From Chloroflexota bacterium (lineage in GTDB: Bacteria; Chloroflexota; UBA11872): a DNA stretch of 64,000 bases. Numbering within the stretch: the stretch's first letter is position 1; each line of letters begins with the position of its first letter. Both the position numbers and the translations under genes were made by a program. Below are positions 1-9,511 of the stretch, in pieces. The stretch covers positions 2,726,522 through 2,790,521 of the forward strand of contig OZ242271.1 in the NCBI GenBank assembly GCA_965207185.1, read 5' to 3'. The notes beneath the pieces were generated by a model that saw only the letters and a program-made list of their open reading frames with translations, did not search any database and was not told the origin of the DNA.

Positions 1-277
1 CGCCGATTGCGACGATGTGATAGAGGGTGTCTTCGTAGGGCCGACGGTCGGCTAAGCGTCCGCCAATCCAGTAGCCGATGGAGAGGTAGAACAGGGTCAG
101 GCCGATAACGACAGCCCAGATGATGATGCTTGTACCGAAGAACGGCGCCAGCAGGCGCGAGGCGCTGATTTCCACGGCCAGCACGGACATGCCGGAGAAG
201 AACGCGACCGTGAGGACCAGCCAGGTCCGGGCGTTCCCGATGGGCTGCGGCGTTGGCGGGTCGGTGGTGCTGGACAC
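1..277 (-). CDS. Partial CDS (5' part only, runs off the window start): membrane N-terminus of a spermidine-synthase-like / fused MFS-spermidine synthase family protein
   Basis: Absent from the ORF track because it is truncated. Minus-strand translation from GTG at 277 reads VSSTTDPPTPQPIGNARTWLVLTVAFFSGMSVLAVEISASRLLAPFFGTSIIIWAVVIGLTLFYLSIGYWIGGRLADRRPY. The E-x3-SR-L-x-P-FFG ... GGRLADR pattern is typical of that family. The frame stays open to base 1. Confidence 0.45.
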   Translation of the reverse strand, partial: MSSTTDPPTPQPIGNARTWLVLTVAFFSGMSVLAVEISASRLLAPFFGTSIIIWAVVIGLTLFYLSIGYWIGGRLADRRPYEDTLYHIVAIG

Positions 278-340
278 GCGAATCCTCAACTCAGCGTGGG
301 TGGCGCGGGGTCCGATGTACGAAGCGCATATTCGTGGACG

Positions 341-1939
341 CTAGTACCCGAGTACCTGACCATGCCAGCGCGGGTCGGTGGCACCGATTCGGGCACCGGT
401 ATCCGGGTCGAGCATAACCCCTTGCGCGCGCGAGTAGACGCTAAACGGCGCCTCGCTGCGGACCGCGTGGCCGCGGTTTTCGAGGTCGGTGAGGACGGCG
501 GGATCGAAACGGTCCTCAAGCTTGAGGTCGCCCGTTTCCTCGTTGTGATACCAGCGTGGGGCATCGATGGCGGCCTGCCAGTGCATGCCGTGGTCGAAGA
601 CGTTGGAGAGGATTTGGAAGTTTGTCTGCACCTGGTACTGACCGCCAGGCGATGAACCCAACAGGATGGTCTGGTCTTCGCGCCGGACCATGAAGGTGTT
701 GAGCGTGTGGATCGGGCGCTTGCCGCCCTGGAATACGTTGGGGCTGGCGGGATCAAGAGAGAAGCCGCGCATCCGGTTGTTGAGCAGGACGCCGGTGCCG
801 GGCACGACGTAGCACGAGCCAAAGCTGGTGAAGACGCTCTGGATGAACGTGATGGCGTTGCCGGCCTCGTCAACCGCGGAAATGGCGGTGGTGTCGCCGC
901 CGACGGCGCTGGGATCGCCGGCCGCCACGTGCCGGGCGGCACGGACGGGATCGATCGACATGCGGCGCTGGGCGGCGTATTCCTTGCCGACCAGCTGGTT
1001 GATGGGAATGTCGTTCCAGTTGGGATCGCCGACGTGGGCCAGGCGGTCAGCAAAGGCGGCCTTCTTGCACTCGGCCATGAGGTGCAGAACGTCGGCACTG
1101 CCGAACTCGAAGGCCGAGAGTTCGAAGCCTTCGGCGATGTTGAGCTGTTCGAGAACGAGGAATCCCTGGGAGGGGAGCGGCTGTTCGAGAACCTCAAGGC
1201 CGCGGTAATACGTGCGCAGCGGCGGAAGGACGTCACACTGGTAGGCAGCCAGATCCCGAGACGTGAAAGCGCCGCCGTCGCGAGCGGATGCTCGCACGAG
1301 GGCGTCGGCGAAGGGTCCCCGGTAGAAGGCGTCCGCCCCACCGAAGGCGATCTGCCGGAGGGTTTCAGCAAGGTCGGGCTGGTAGATCAGTGAGCCCGGC
1401 CGGGGCGGGGCGTCGTTTGGGAGAAAACTACGCGTGCTGGCGGGGTACTGGGCCAGGGCCGGACCGGCGTTGGCTATGGCCTGGGCGGTGTCGGGGTCGA
1501 CGGGCACGCCGTGTTGGGCGTACTCGATGGCCGGGGCAAGGGCGTCGGCCATGCTGATGGAACCGTAGCGATCGAGAATCGTCTGCCAAGCGCTGACCGC
1601 GCCCGGGATAGTAGCGGCGTTGATGCCGTGCGGTGGGATTTCGTCGTCAAATGCGTCGATGGTGAGGCCTGCGGGGGACGGGCCGCTGGCGTTGATGGCA
1701 TCGGGATCCGCGGCGCCTGCCGGGAGGCAGAGGGCGAAGACATCGCCACCTACGTGGTTGGTGCCGGGCTCGGCCACGGCGATCACCGCCGCCGCGGTCA
1801 CGACGGCGTCAAACGCGTTACCTCCGGCGCGAAGGGCGCGAAGGCCGGCCTCCGTGGCCAGAGGATGACCGCTGGAGAACATGGCGCGCGCGCCGACGAC
1901 GGGAGGTCGCTGGGTGGTCCAGCGCGGGTCGGCGCTCAA
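341..1939 (-). CDS. ggt: Gamma-glutamyltranspeptidase family (Ntn hydrolase)
   Basis: 532-aa ORF. The N-terminus has SSGHPLATEAGLRALRAGGNAFDAVV. An internal GGDTTAISAVDEAGNA region matches the autoprocessing Thr region of GGT. Length is typical. Confidence 0.85.
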   Translation of the reverse strand: MSADPRWTTQRPPVVGARAMFSSGHPLATEAGLRALRAGGNAFDAVVTAAAVIAVAEPGTNHVGGDVFALCLPAGAADPDAINASGPSPAGLTIDAFDDEIPPHGINAATIPGAVSAWQTILDRYGSISMADALAPAIEYAQHGVPVDPDTAQAIANAGPALAQYPASTRSFLPNDAPPRPGSLIYQPDLAETLRQIAFGGADAFYRGPFADALVRASARDGGAFTSRDLAAYQCDVLPPLRTYYRGLEVLEQPLPSQGFLVLEQLNIAEGFELSAFEFGSADVLHLMAECKKAAFADRLAHVGDPNWNDIPINQLVGKEYAAQRRMSIDPVRAARHVAAGDPSAVGGDTTAISAVDEAGNAITFIQSVFTSFGSCYVVPGTGVLLNNRMRGFSLDPASPNVFQGGKRPIHTLNTFMVRREDQTILLGSSPGGQYQVQTNFQILSNVFDHGMHWQAAIDAPRWYHNEETGDLKLEDRFDPAVLTDLENRGHAVRSEAPFSVYSRAQGVMLDPDTGARIGATDPRWHGQVLGY

Positions 1940-1998
1940 ACGCAGACGCTCTGGGATGGAGGGCTCGGGGATATGGGACGTATGGGGATAGCCGCGGC

Positions 1999-3153
1999 CT
2001 ACGTCACGGTGTGCATGGGCATGATGACGTGACTGAAGGACGGCATGTCCTCGCCTTCCTTGTCCACCTGGCGAACGAGGCCGGGGCTGGTGGGGCCCGC
2101 CAGCGAGAGGGACACGCGCTCGGAGTTGACGGTACCGAGACAGTCGCTAAGGAATCGATAGTTGAAGGCGATTTGAGCACTGGTGTTCGTGCCGGTGACA
2201 TCGGCTTCGACTTCGCCCTGGTTTTCGCCGAGTTCGGCGGAATTGGCGGAGAGAACCAGGCGGCCGCCATCATCCGTGTCTTCGATGGTGGCCCTGATGA
2301 CGTTCTGGCCGTCGCGGGCGAAAAGGGCGGCGATGCGGGTGGCCTGCGTCACGGCCGCCGTGTCGGCGACGACACGCGTTTCCAGGTTGGCGGTGTCGGG
2401 GATCAATTGCTGGTAGGCGGGGAACTGGCCATCGATGAGCTGGGACACCAGGGATACGGCCCGCGTGCTGAAGCGAACGGATTGGGCGTTGGCCGTAAGT
2501 CCGATGGTTACGGACCCCGGATCGTCGGTGAGAATGCGCGAGAGTTCGACCATGGCCGGGCGCGGCACGATGATCTGGGTAGGCTCCGAGAGGCCGGTTT
2601 CAGCGGCAGCGCGACGAACGGCCAGGCGATATCCATCGGCGGCGGCTAGTTCCACGTAATCAGGGCCGAACGTCAGGCTGACGCCGGCGAGGACGGGTCG
2701 GCTGTCGTCCTGGGCCGCAGCCACGACCACCTGCTCGATGATGGAGGTCCAGACGCTGGTGGGCATTTCGAGTTCCCGCTCAGCGTCGCCCTCGGGCATT
2801 GGAGGGAACTCGTCCGCGTCGATACCCTTCATCTTGGCGCGGAAGCGTCCGGATGAGACTTGCAGGGTGTCGGTCTCGGCGTCGAGTTCGAGGGCGACGA
2901 CACCCTCGGGCAATTGGCCGACGAAATCGGAAAGCAGCCGCGCGGGGACGGTGATGGCGCCTTCGGACTGGATGCTGGCGCCAGTCCAAACGGAGATGGC
3001 CATCTGCTGGTTCATGGCGGCAAGCTTGAGGCCGCCGTCCTCGGTGGCGACGAGGACGTTGCTGAGCACGGGGAGCGGGCTGCGGGCCGCGACGGCCCGG
3101 CTAACGAGGCTCAACCCGCGGTTCAGGTTCTCTTGTAGGCAGGTGACGTTCAC
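1999..3153 (-). CDS. dnaN: DNA polymerase III beta sliding clamp
   Basis: 384 aa. The N-terminus MNVTCLQENLNRGLSLVSRAVAARSPLPVLSNVLV is the characteristic clamp N-terminus. Length fits three domains. Confidence 0.95.
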   Translation of the reverse strand: MNVTCLQENLNRGLSLVSRAVAARSPLPVLSNVLVATEDGGLKLAAMNQQMAISVWTGASIQSEGAITVPARLLSDFVGQLPEGVVALELDAETDTLQVSSGRFRAKMKGIDADEFPPMPEGDAERELEMPTSVWTSIIEQVVVAAAQDDSRPVLAGVSLTFGPDYVELAAADGYRLAVRRAAAETGLSEPTQIIVPRPAMVELSRILTDDPGSVTIGLTANAQSVRFSTRAVSLVSQLIDGQFPAYQQLIPDTANLETRVVADTAAVTQATRIAALFARDGQNVIRATIEDTDDGGRLVLSANSAELGENQGEVEADVTGTNTSAQIAFNYRFLSDCLGTVNSERVSLSLAGPTSPGLVRQVDKEGEDMPSFSHVIMPMHTVT

Positions 3154-3381
3154 GCGGCGAATCTCCGGAATTGTGGCAGCGAAACCAAAGGAGCAGGCCC
3201 TACCGGCGAGTGGTATCGCACATGTGGGGCGCGGCAGCCCGCGGATACTAGATGTCGTACTAAGCGGCGGTCAATTCCCCGTCGTGGCCTGAGTGCCTCC
3301 GGGTTCGAGTGGCGTCGCTGGTAGGCTTGCCCAATACGCTTGCGTAGCGCGTGGGCAGAGTCTCATCGGAAAGGAGTTCGC

Positions 3382-3954
3382 TTGAGCTTGCGAGTCATCG
3401 TCGCCGAGGACGAAACGATTATCCGGCTCGACCTGAAGGAACGGTTGGAGGCGTCGGGCCATCAGGTCGTTGGCGAAGCAGGCGACGGCGAGAGCGCGGT
3501 GCAGATGGCGCGCGAACTGCGGCCTGACCTAGTGGTGATGGACATCAAGATGCCCGGAGTCGACGGGATCGAGGCGGCGCGTGCGCTCACGGCCGAGCAC
3601 ATCGCCCCGGTGGTGCTAGTTACGGCGCACGGCGAGCGAGAATTGGTTGAGCGCGCCAGCGAGGTGGGCGTGATCGGGTACGTGCTCAAGCCGTTGCGCG
3701 ATCGCGACCTGGAGTCGGCCATCGCGGTAGCGGTTTCCCGCTACGGAGAATTTGAGGCGGTGAGCCGCGATGTGCAGAACCTGACGGAGCAGCTCGAGAC
3801 GCGCAAGGTAGTGGAGCGAGCGAAAGGGCTGTTGATGAACCGACTGGGACTCTCGGAGCCTGATGCGTTCAAGCGGATCCAAAAGCTGAGCATGGACCGC
3901 CGTCGATCGATGCGCGACATTGCGGAAGCGATCATCCTGGCCGAAGAGATCTAG
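3382..3954 (+). CDS. Response regulator with C-terminal ANTAR RNA-binding domain (PdtaR/AmiR-like)
   Basis: Receiver motifs VIVAEDE ... DLVVMDIKMPGVDG, then ANTAR ETRKVVERAKGLLM..SEPDAF..IQKLSMDRRRSMRDIAEAI. I moved the start from the ORF-track TTG at 3340 to TTG at 3382, which sits 5 nt after AAGGAG (3371-3376). Confidence 0.85.
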   Translation: MSLRVIVAEDETIIRLDLKERLEASGHQVVGEAGDGESAVQMARELRPDLVVMDIKMPGVDGIEAARALTAEHIAPVVLVTAHGERELVERASEVGVIGYVLKPLRDRDLESAIAVAVSRYGEFEAVSRDVQNLTEQLETRKVVERAKGLLMNRLGLSEPDAFKRIQKLSMDRRRSMRDIAEAIILAEEI

Positions 3955-3973
3955 CGAGGCGCTCGCGAGCCCC

Positions 3974-6895
3974 ATGCGGGGCGTTGTGACCCGGGATCTG
4001 CGAGCGCGAGTTCGCCGCTCGCCTGGATCGCCGTTACTCGCCGCAGCGCTGCTGCTGGTTGGCTTGCTCCTGACCTTCAGCCGGCAGGTCTTCGAGGGCC
4101 TGGTGGTGGCGGGCTACGACACGCAGACCTACTTCTATCCGTACTGGGCCGCTGCTTTCGAGGCTTTGCGGTCGGCCCGTATTCCGCTGTGGAACCCGGA
4201 CCTCTTCATGGGTGCGCCGTTTCTGGCCAACCCGCAGGCGGCCGTGTTTTATTTGCCGAACTGGCTGCTGCTGGGGCTGAGCCCAGAGCGTGCGATGAGC
4301 GCGGCGCTGTTGCTGCACGTGGGCTGGGCGGCCCTTGGCACGTTGCTGCTGGCCCGGACAGCGTGGCGAGTGGGCTGGGCGGCAGCAACCACGGGAGCGG
4401 CGGTGTTTGCGTTTGGCGGCTACTTCGTTGCCCAGGCAGGCCACGTTAACCAGGTTTCGGCCACTGCGTGGCTGCCGTGGCTCTTGTTGGCGCTGGACCG
4501 CGGAGTCGCGGGAGAACGGCGGGCGTGGGTTGCCCTGCCACCGGTGACGGCGCTGATGTTTCTCGCGGGTCATCCGCAGGTGGCGTACATGAGCCTGCTG
4601 TTTGGGCTGGTGTACGCGATAACGGTCGGCAGCGCCAGCGGCAAGACGCCGCTGTGGGGGCGACTCAAGGGCGCGGGGTTCGGGTTGCTTCTCTGGGCGA
4701 CAGCGGGCGCCAGCGGGGCGTTGCTGGCCGCCGTGCAATTGCTGCCGACGCTGGAGCTCTCGCACCACGGAATCCGATCCGGCGGGTTGCCGCTACCTGA
4801 GGCGGCATCGTTTTCTTTGCCGGGGGAAGAGTTTCTGCAAGCGGTGCTTCCGACGTTCACGGCGCTGCCTTCGAGCACCGAGTTTGTGGCGCACATCGGA
4901 GTAAGCGGGATCATCCTGGCGGTGCTGGGAACGGCGGCGAGACCCCGCGGAGCGCGGACGGCACTGCTGCTTGCGACGCTCGCGGGCACGCTGCTCCTGG
5001 CGGTAGGGCCCGCCACGCCTCTGTTTGCCGTGGCGCACAGGCTGGTGCCGGGGTTCGATTCGTTCCGGGTTCCGCCGCGCTGGCTGCTGTTGGGGATTCT
5101 GGCAGGGGCGCTACTGGCCGCGCAGGGGGTTGAGTCGCTTGGACGGTCACAGTTCCCCCCGAATGAGTGGCGGCGTTGGGCAGGGCCCGGGATCGGGCTG
5201 GCGGCGGTTGGGCTTGCCCTGGCGATTGCCGGAGTGGTACATCCCGTGGCCGAGGACACGTTCCGGCTGTGGATCCTGGCCGGGCTGCTGGCGCTGGGGC
5301 TCCTGGGGGCGGCTTTTGCGTCGCCGTGGACGTGGGTGCGGTGGGCGGCCGCCGGTCTGGTGGTGACCGAGCTCGTGGTGGCGTCAGGTCCCAGCCCGGT
5401 GCGCCAGGCGGTGCCGTCCGAGGCGTTTGCGGCCGATGAGAACGTGGCTGCGGTCCTGCGAGCGGACGGCTGGGATGGCCGCGTGCTGAGCCTGGCGAAT
5501 CCGTCGTTCGAGATCAGCCAGCCTGTTCGCGCCGAGCTGGCCGAGACGTGGTTCAACCGTGTGGGCGAGCGGTCGTTTCGCGAGATGCTGGTTACGCTGA
5601 AAAACGCATCGATCATGAACCCCAATCTCGGCATGGCCTACGGTCTGGCGACCGCCGATGGGTATGACGGTGGAGTGCTACCGCTGCGCAGCTACGTGGA
5701 ATTCCGTGATCTGCTACTGCCGGGGACGGGAGCCACGCCAGACCTGCTGATTCAGCAGGCGATCATGGACATTCCTCCGGATCGGGTGCTGGACGGATTA
5801 GGCGTGCAGTCAATAGTCCGGAGCCCCGACACGATGCTGGACGTGGAGGCGGGGACATTGGACCTGGGGTATTGGCGACGGATAGACGGGACCGGTCGCG
5901 TTGACGAACTGTACGTGGAGAACGTGCGTGGCGTGGTGGTGCTGATCGACGCTTCACCGGATGTAGAGGCCGGGCCGGCGGGCCGCGTGGAGTTGTTCGG
6001 TTCCGATGGTTCGGTCGTCTCCCTGCCGCTCATGCGGCGGGAGGAGCGGCCGGAACGCATCGTGCTGGGGCCGGGGCACCTGGTTTCGGTTCGACGGGGG
6101 CTGGATCGACCCGCATACCTGAGCCGGGCCATGTTTGACGCGCCGATGGACGTTGCCAGCGTGACGGTCGTCGCCGAAGGGCCTCCATTCGATCTTCGCG
6201 GGCTTGCGTTGCTCCATGGGGACGGCGGTTCAACACCGGTGTCACTGCGGGCTGAGGCTGCGGCGCTGAGCCAGCGAGCCGGCGAAGTGGTGGTGACACG
6301 CCGGGGGACATCCCTTCCCAGGGGTTGGCTGGTGACGGACGTGCGGCTGTCGCACCACGAGGCGAACGCCCGTGACTTGGTGGGCGGCCTCGACTTCTCT
6401 CCCGATCGCACAGCGGTGCTGACCGCCGCCGCCGACCGCGAACCGTGGTGGGGAGCGCTTGGCGAGGCGGCTCGGGCCGTAGGGATTCTGGGTCCGTCGA
6501 CATCCGAGGGGCGGGTGAGTCGCGAAGACGTGGCAGCGATGGCAGTCCTGATGGAGGATGCGGTCGGCGCAACGCCGAGTGTCGACAGCGTGGAATCGCT
6601 GGTTGAAGAACCTGAAGTCGTTCAGCTGCGGGTCCGAGCGGCGGGTCCACGGATCCTGGTGCTGCCGGACGCGCCATTTCCGGGCTGGCGGGCGTATGTG
6701 AATGGAGTTGAAGAGCCCGTGTGGCGAGCGAATGTTGGGCACCGTGCCGTGCTGATCCGAGAGCCCGGTGAGCACCTGGTGGAATTCAGCTACCGGTCGA
6801 TGCCGTTCGAGGTGGGCCGGATTGTCTCGCTGGTCAGCCTGGCGGCGCTGGGCGCGGCGGCAGCCACGCTGTGGCGCCGCGGCCGACGCCGATAG
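3974..6895 (+). CDS. Large polytopic membrane protein, YfhO-like / GT-C-like
   Basis: About 973 aa from ATG 3974; the ORF-track start at 3920 overlaps the upstream gene. Many TM helices, a YDTQTYFYPYW segment after TM1, a large extracytoplasmic C-terminal part and one terminal TM, as in YfhO-type proteins. The family call rests on architecture only. Confidence 0.5.
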   Translation: MRGVVTRDLRARVRRSPGSPLLAAALLLVGLLLTFSRQVFEGLVVAGYDTQTYFYPYWAAAFEALRSARIPLWNPDLFMGAPFLANPQAAVFYLPNWLLLGLSPERAMSAALLLHVGWAALGTLLLARTAWRVGWAAATTGAAVFAFGGYFVAQAGHVNQVSATAWLPWLLLALDRGVAGERRAWVALPPVTALMFLAGHPQVAYMSLLFGLVYAITVGSASGKTPLWGRLKGAGFGLLLWATAGASGALLAAVQLLPTLELSHHGIRSGGLPLPEAASFSLPGEEFLQAVLPTFTALPSSTEFVAHIGVSGIILAVLGTAARPRGARTALLLATLAGTLLLAVGPATPLFAVAHRLVPGFDSFRVPPRWLLLGILAGALLAAQGVESLGRSQFPPNEWRRWAGPGIGLAAVGLALAIAGVVHPVAEDTFRLWILAGLLALGLLGAAFASPWTWVRWAAAGLVVTELVVASGPSPVRQAVPSEAFAADENVAAVLRADGWDGRVLSLANPSFEISQPVRAELAETWFNRVGERSFREMLVTLKNASIMNPNLGMAYGLATADGYDGGVLPLRSYVEFRDLLLPGTGATPDLLIQQAIMDIPPDRVLDGLGVQSIVRSPDTMLDVEAGTLDLGYWRRIDGTGRVDELYVENVRGVVVLIDASPDVEAGPAGRVELFGSDGSVVSLPLMRREERPERIVLGPGHLVSVRRGLDRPAYLSRAMFDAPMDVASVTVVAEGPPFDLRGLALLHGDGGSTPVSLRAEAAALSQRAGEVVVTRRGTSLPRGWLVTDVRLSHHEANARDLVGGLDFSPDRTAVLTAAADREPWWGALGEAARAVGILGPSTSEGRVSREDVAAMAVLMEDAVGATPSVDSVESLVEEPEVVQLRVRAAGPRILVLPDAPFPGWRAYVNGVEEPVWRANVGHRAVLIREPGEHLVEFSYRSMPFEVGRIVSLVSLAALGAAAATLWRRGRRR

Positions 6896-6898
6896 CTG

Positions 6899-8128
6899 AT
6901 GGACGTCGTCTATATCGCGCCGTTCGGGTTCGCGCCGAAGAACACAACAGGTCGTCGCGTGATGCCCATGGCGCGAGCGGTTGCCGCGGTTGGGCACCGG
7001 GTCCGGGTGATCGTCCCACCCTATGACGATCCCGCCACCTATGGGCGCGAGTGGGAGGACGGGGAGGTGGAGGTGACGTGCCTGCCGCGCCCGCGATTCG
7101 ACGGCACGGTTTTCATCGGCGCGGCGTGGACGCAGTGGCGGCTGGCCCGTGCGGCGGCAGATCTGGTGGCCGAGTGGCGCCCAGACCTGGTGCACGTGTT
7201 CAAGCCAAAGGCGGTATCGGGGTTGGCACAGACGCTAATCGCGCGGCGCCGGGACCGTCCGGCCATCGTGTTGGACCTGGACGATTGGGAGGGCCGCGAC
7301 GGCTGGAGCCAGAACGAAGACTACGCGCGTGCGCTGGTGGAGGTGTTTGAGATACAGGAACGTCTCGGAATGCGGCGTTGCGACGCTTTCACGGCGGCCA
7401 GCCGGCTGCTGGCCGAACGGGCGGGCGCCGTCGCTTCGGACTGTCCGCGGCTGCACGTTCCGAATGGTTTCGATCCGGCGGCCTACGAGAACTGGGCGCC
7501 GAATCGGATCGGTAGCGCATTTCGTCGTTCGCTGGGGATTGGGAGCGACGCGCAACTGATCCTCATCTATACGAGATTCTTTGACTACGGCCTCGAAGAA
7601 TGGGCGCAAGTCATCCGCGAAATTGCGGCGAGGTCACCGGCCGCGCGCTTTCTGGTGCTTGGGGCAGGGAAGTTTGGGCAGGAGCGTGATCTGGCCGCCG
7701 ACATGCGAATCTCGGGACTGGCGGATCGGATGTCGTTTCTTGGATGGCTGCCTTTTGCGGATATTCCGTCGGCCCTGGCGGCGGTTGATCTGGCCCTGAT
7801 GCCGCTGACAGACACCGTGGCCAACCGGGCCAAGTGTTCACCACGCTACATCGACCTTATGTATGCCGGGGTACCGGTGGTCACGACGCCCGTTGGTGAG
7901 GCTCTCACGTTCATTACCGACGGAGACACCGGCTACGTGGCGGCCGATCCGTCGCCGATGGCAGTGGTGGCCGCCGTTGGGCGGGCGCTTTCGGCCGACG
8001 GCGCGTCGGACCTTCGCGCGAAAGCACGAGCGCGGGCGGTTGGGGAACTCTCCTGGGAGCGTCTGACTGAGCCCTTGAGCGGGCTTTACGAAGGCGCGGT
8101 GGCGCGTGCCGCAGCGCAGCTCGCCTGA
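6899..8128 (+). CDS. Glycosyltransferase, GT-B fold (group 1 / GT4-like)
   Basis: 409 aa. The N-terminus VVYIAPFGFAPKNTTGRRV..ARAVAAVGHRVRVIVP and the C-terminal region GVPVVTTPVGE..FITDGDTGYV resemble GT4 enzymes. The ATG lies 4 nt after the upstream stop. Confidence 0.7.
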   Translation: MDVVYIAPFGFAPKNTTGRRVMPMARAVAAVGHRVRVIVPPYDDPATYGREWEDGEVEVTCLPRPRFDGTVFIGAAWTQWRLARAAADLVAEWRPDLVHVFKPKAVSGLAQTLIARRRDRPAIVLDLDDWEGRDGWSQNEDYARALVEVFEIQERLGMRRCDAFTAASRLLAERAGAVASDCPRLHVPNGFDPAAYENWAPNRIGSAFRRSLGIGSDAQLILIYTRFFDYGLEEWAQVIREIAARSPAARFLVLGAGKFGQERDLAADMRISGLADRMSFLGWLPFADIPSALAAVDLALMPLTDTVANRAKCSPRYIDLMYAGVPVVTTPVGEALTFITDGDTGYVAADPSPMAVVAAVGRALSADGASDLRAKARARAVGELSWERLTEPLSGLYEGAVARAAAQLA

Positions 8129-9511
8129 TTAGCTGATCGGCGACGAAATGCTGGGCGAGGGAGTTACCTGCGGCGTTGGCCGTGGCGTTGGGGTGGCGGT
8201 GGCAACGGCGCCGCCCGGTCCAATTAGGGTTTGGCCCTGGGTCGCCGGAGCGTCGCTTTCGTCGCGCTGGAGCTCGACGGTCAGCACCGGCGGGGTGACC
8301 TGGGAGATATCAATGCCCGGCGGCACGGTAATGACCGGGCGAAGCTGGTGGCGACCGGGGCTGAGGTTTGACACGTCCAGTTCAGCCACAACGTCGCCCG
8401 CACGGAGTTCCTGGAGTGTTTCGACGGAACCGCCGACGACTACCTGGACCGATGGTTGCGACACGGCCGCCGACAGGTTGGGGTCAAGATTGACAGCCAC
8501 GACAGCGGCCTGAATCGTGGTCGTGTCGGCCAGCGGTTCGACGACCACGACAATAGCGGCCGTCGGCTCATCGCTCAGCACCCGCAAGCCGACCGGGTTG
8601 TCGAAAGCCACATTGCCCTCGACATCGCCGCGCGCGCCTTCGATATCCAGCGCCACGGTGCTGACGGCGCTCACCCGCTCAATGTCCTCGGGCTGCCCCT
8701 GGACTTCGACCGTGGTGGGGACAATGCTGATTTCGCGGACGAAGAAGCCGGGCGCGACACTTCCGACTAGCTCGGCGAGGACCGGCACGCGCTTGCGGCT
8801 GGTGATGCGCGTAATCGGGACACGGACCTGGGCGGTCTGAGGGTCGAGATGGACGTCTTCGACCTCATTGCCGCTTCGATCCGCCGGAATCAACAGGGCC
8901 TGGGTGGAGACGTCGCTGGTGGCGCCTTCCAGGCTCAGAATGGCAACCACGGAGGCAACTTCGTCGACTTCGGAGGCTCCACCGCTGACCTGGACGCTGG
9001 CAGGACTGGATTCCACGTCATTAAGTTCGGCGCGGAATCCTACGGCCGGCGCGCTCTCCAGGCGGGCGGTGACTTCAAAGGCGCGGACTTCAAACGGGTC
9101 GATCTGTACGGTGACGGTTTCGGGTGTGACTCGAACCACCTCCATGGCGGCATCCGCGACGGCTACTTCCACGGGAAGCTGGTGGACTCCCGAGCCAATG
9201 CCGGACAGGTTCACTCGGGCTGAGAAGTCACGCACGGTCAGGCGACCGATGTTCTCGCGCGGCCCGCCTACGGTGACGCGCACGGGCTGAATTGGACTGG
9301 CGAGTACAAGGCTGGGACCGAGATTGACTTCATCGACCTGGATGTCATCGTCGATGAGTTCCTGTGTGCTGGGGTTCTGCTCGAGCGTCCAGACCACCCA
9401 CACAAGCGCGGATAGGACCAGCGCCACCAGGAAGCGAACACCCAGGGTGCGTACAAAGAACCGGCGCGCAAGGATGACGCGGCGCGCCCGTCGGCGTCGT
9501 GCGGCGTTCAC
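8129..9511 (-). CDS. cdaR: YbbR-domain protein, CdaA regulator
   Basis: 460 aa with an N-terminal TM and repeated YbbR-like beta modules (V.V.P..V.V). It lies immediately downstream of cdaA and overlaps it by 4 nt. The C-terminal tail is PT-rich. Confidence 0.8.
   Translation of the reverse strand: MNAARRRRARRVILARRFFVRTLGVRFLVALVLSALVWVVWTLEQNPSTQELIDDDIQVDEVNLGPSLVLASPIQPVRVTVGGPRENIGRLTVRDFSARVNLSGIGSGVHQLPVEVAVADAAMEVVRVTPETVTVQIDPFEVRAFEVTARLESAPAVGFRAELNDVESSPASVQVSGGASEVDEVASVVAILSLEGATSDVSTQALLIPADRSGNEVEDVHLDPQTAQVRVPITRITSRKRVPVLAELVGSVAPGFFVREISIVPTTVEVQGQPEDIERVSAVSTVALDIEGARGDVEGNVAFDNPVGLRVLSDEPTAAIVVVVEPLADTTTIQAAVVAVNLDPNLSAAVSQPSVQVVVGGSVETLQELRAGDVVAELDVSNLSPGRHQLRPVITVPPGIDISQVTPPVLTVELQRDESDAPATQGQTLIGPGGAVATATPTPRPTPQVTPSPSISSPIS

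Noticed and set aside
286-1371. Many long ORFs on the opposite strand or in alternative frames of real genes. Examples: 286-1371, 4570-5634, 6242-7195, 18035-19471, 25467-26264, 31322-32293, 44216-45184, 47588-48628.
   Set aside because: They are Arg/Pro/Ala/Ser-rich shadow ORFs, as expected in ~65% GC DNA. Each overlaps a gene with clear family motifs, and none shows a recognisable motif of its own.
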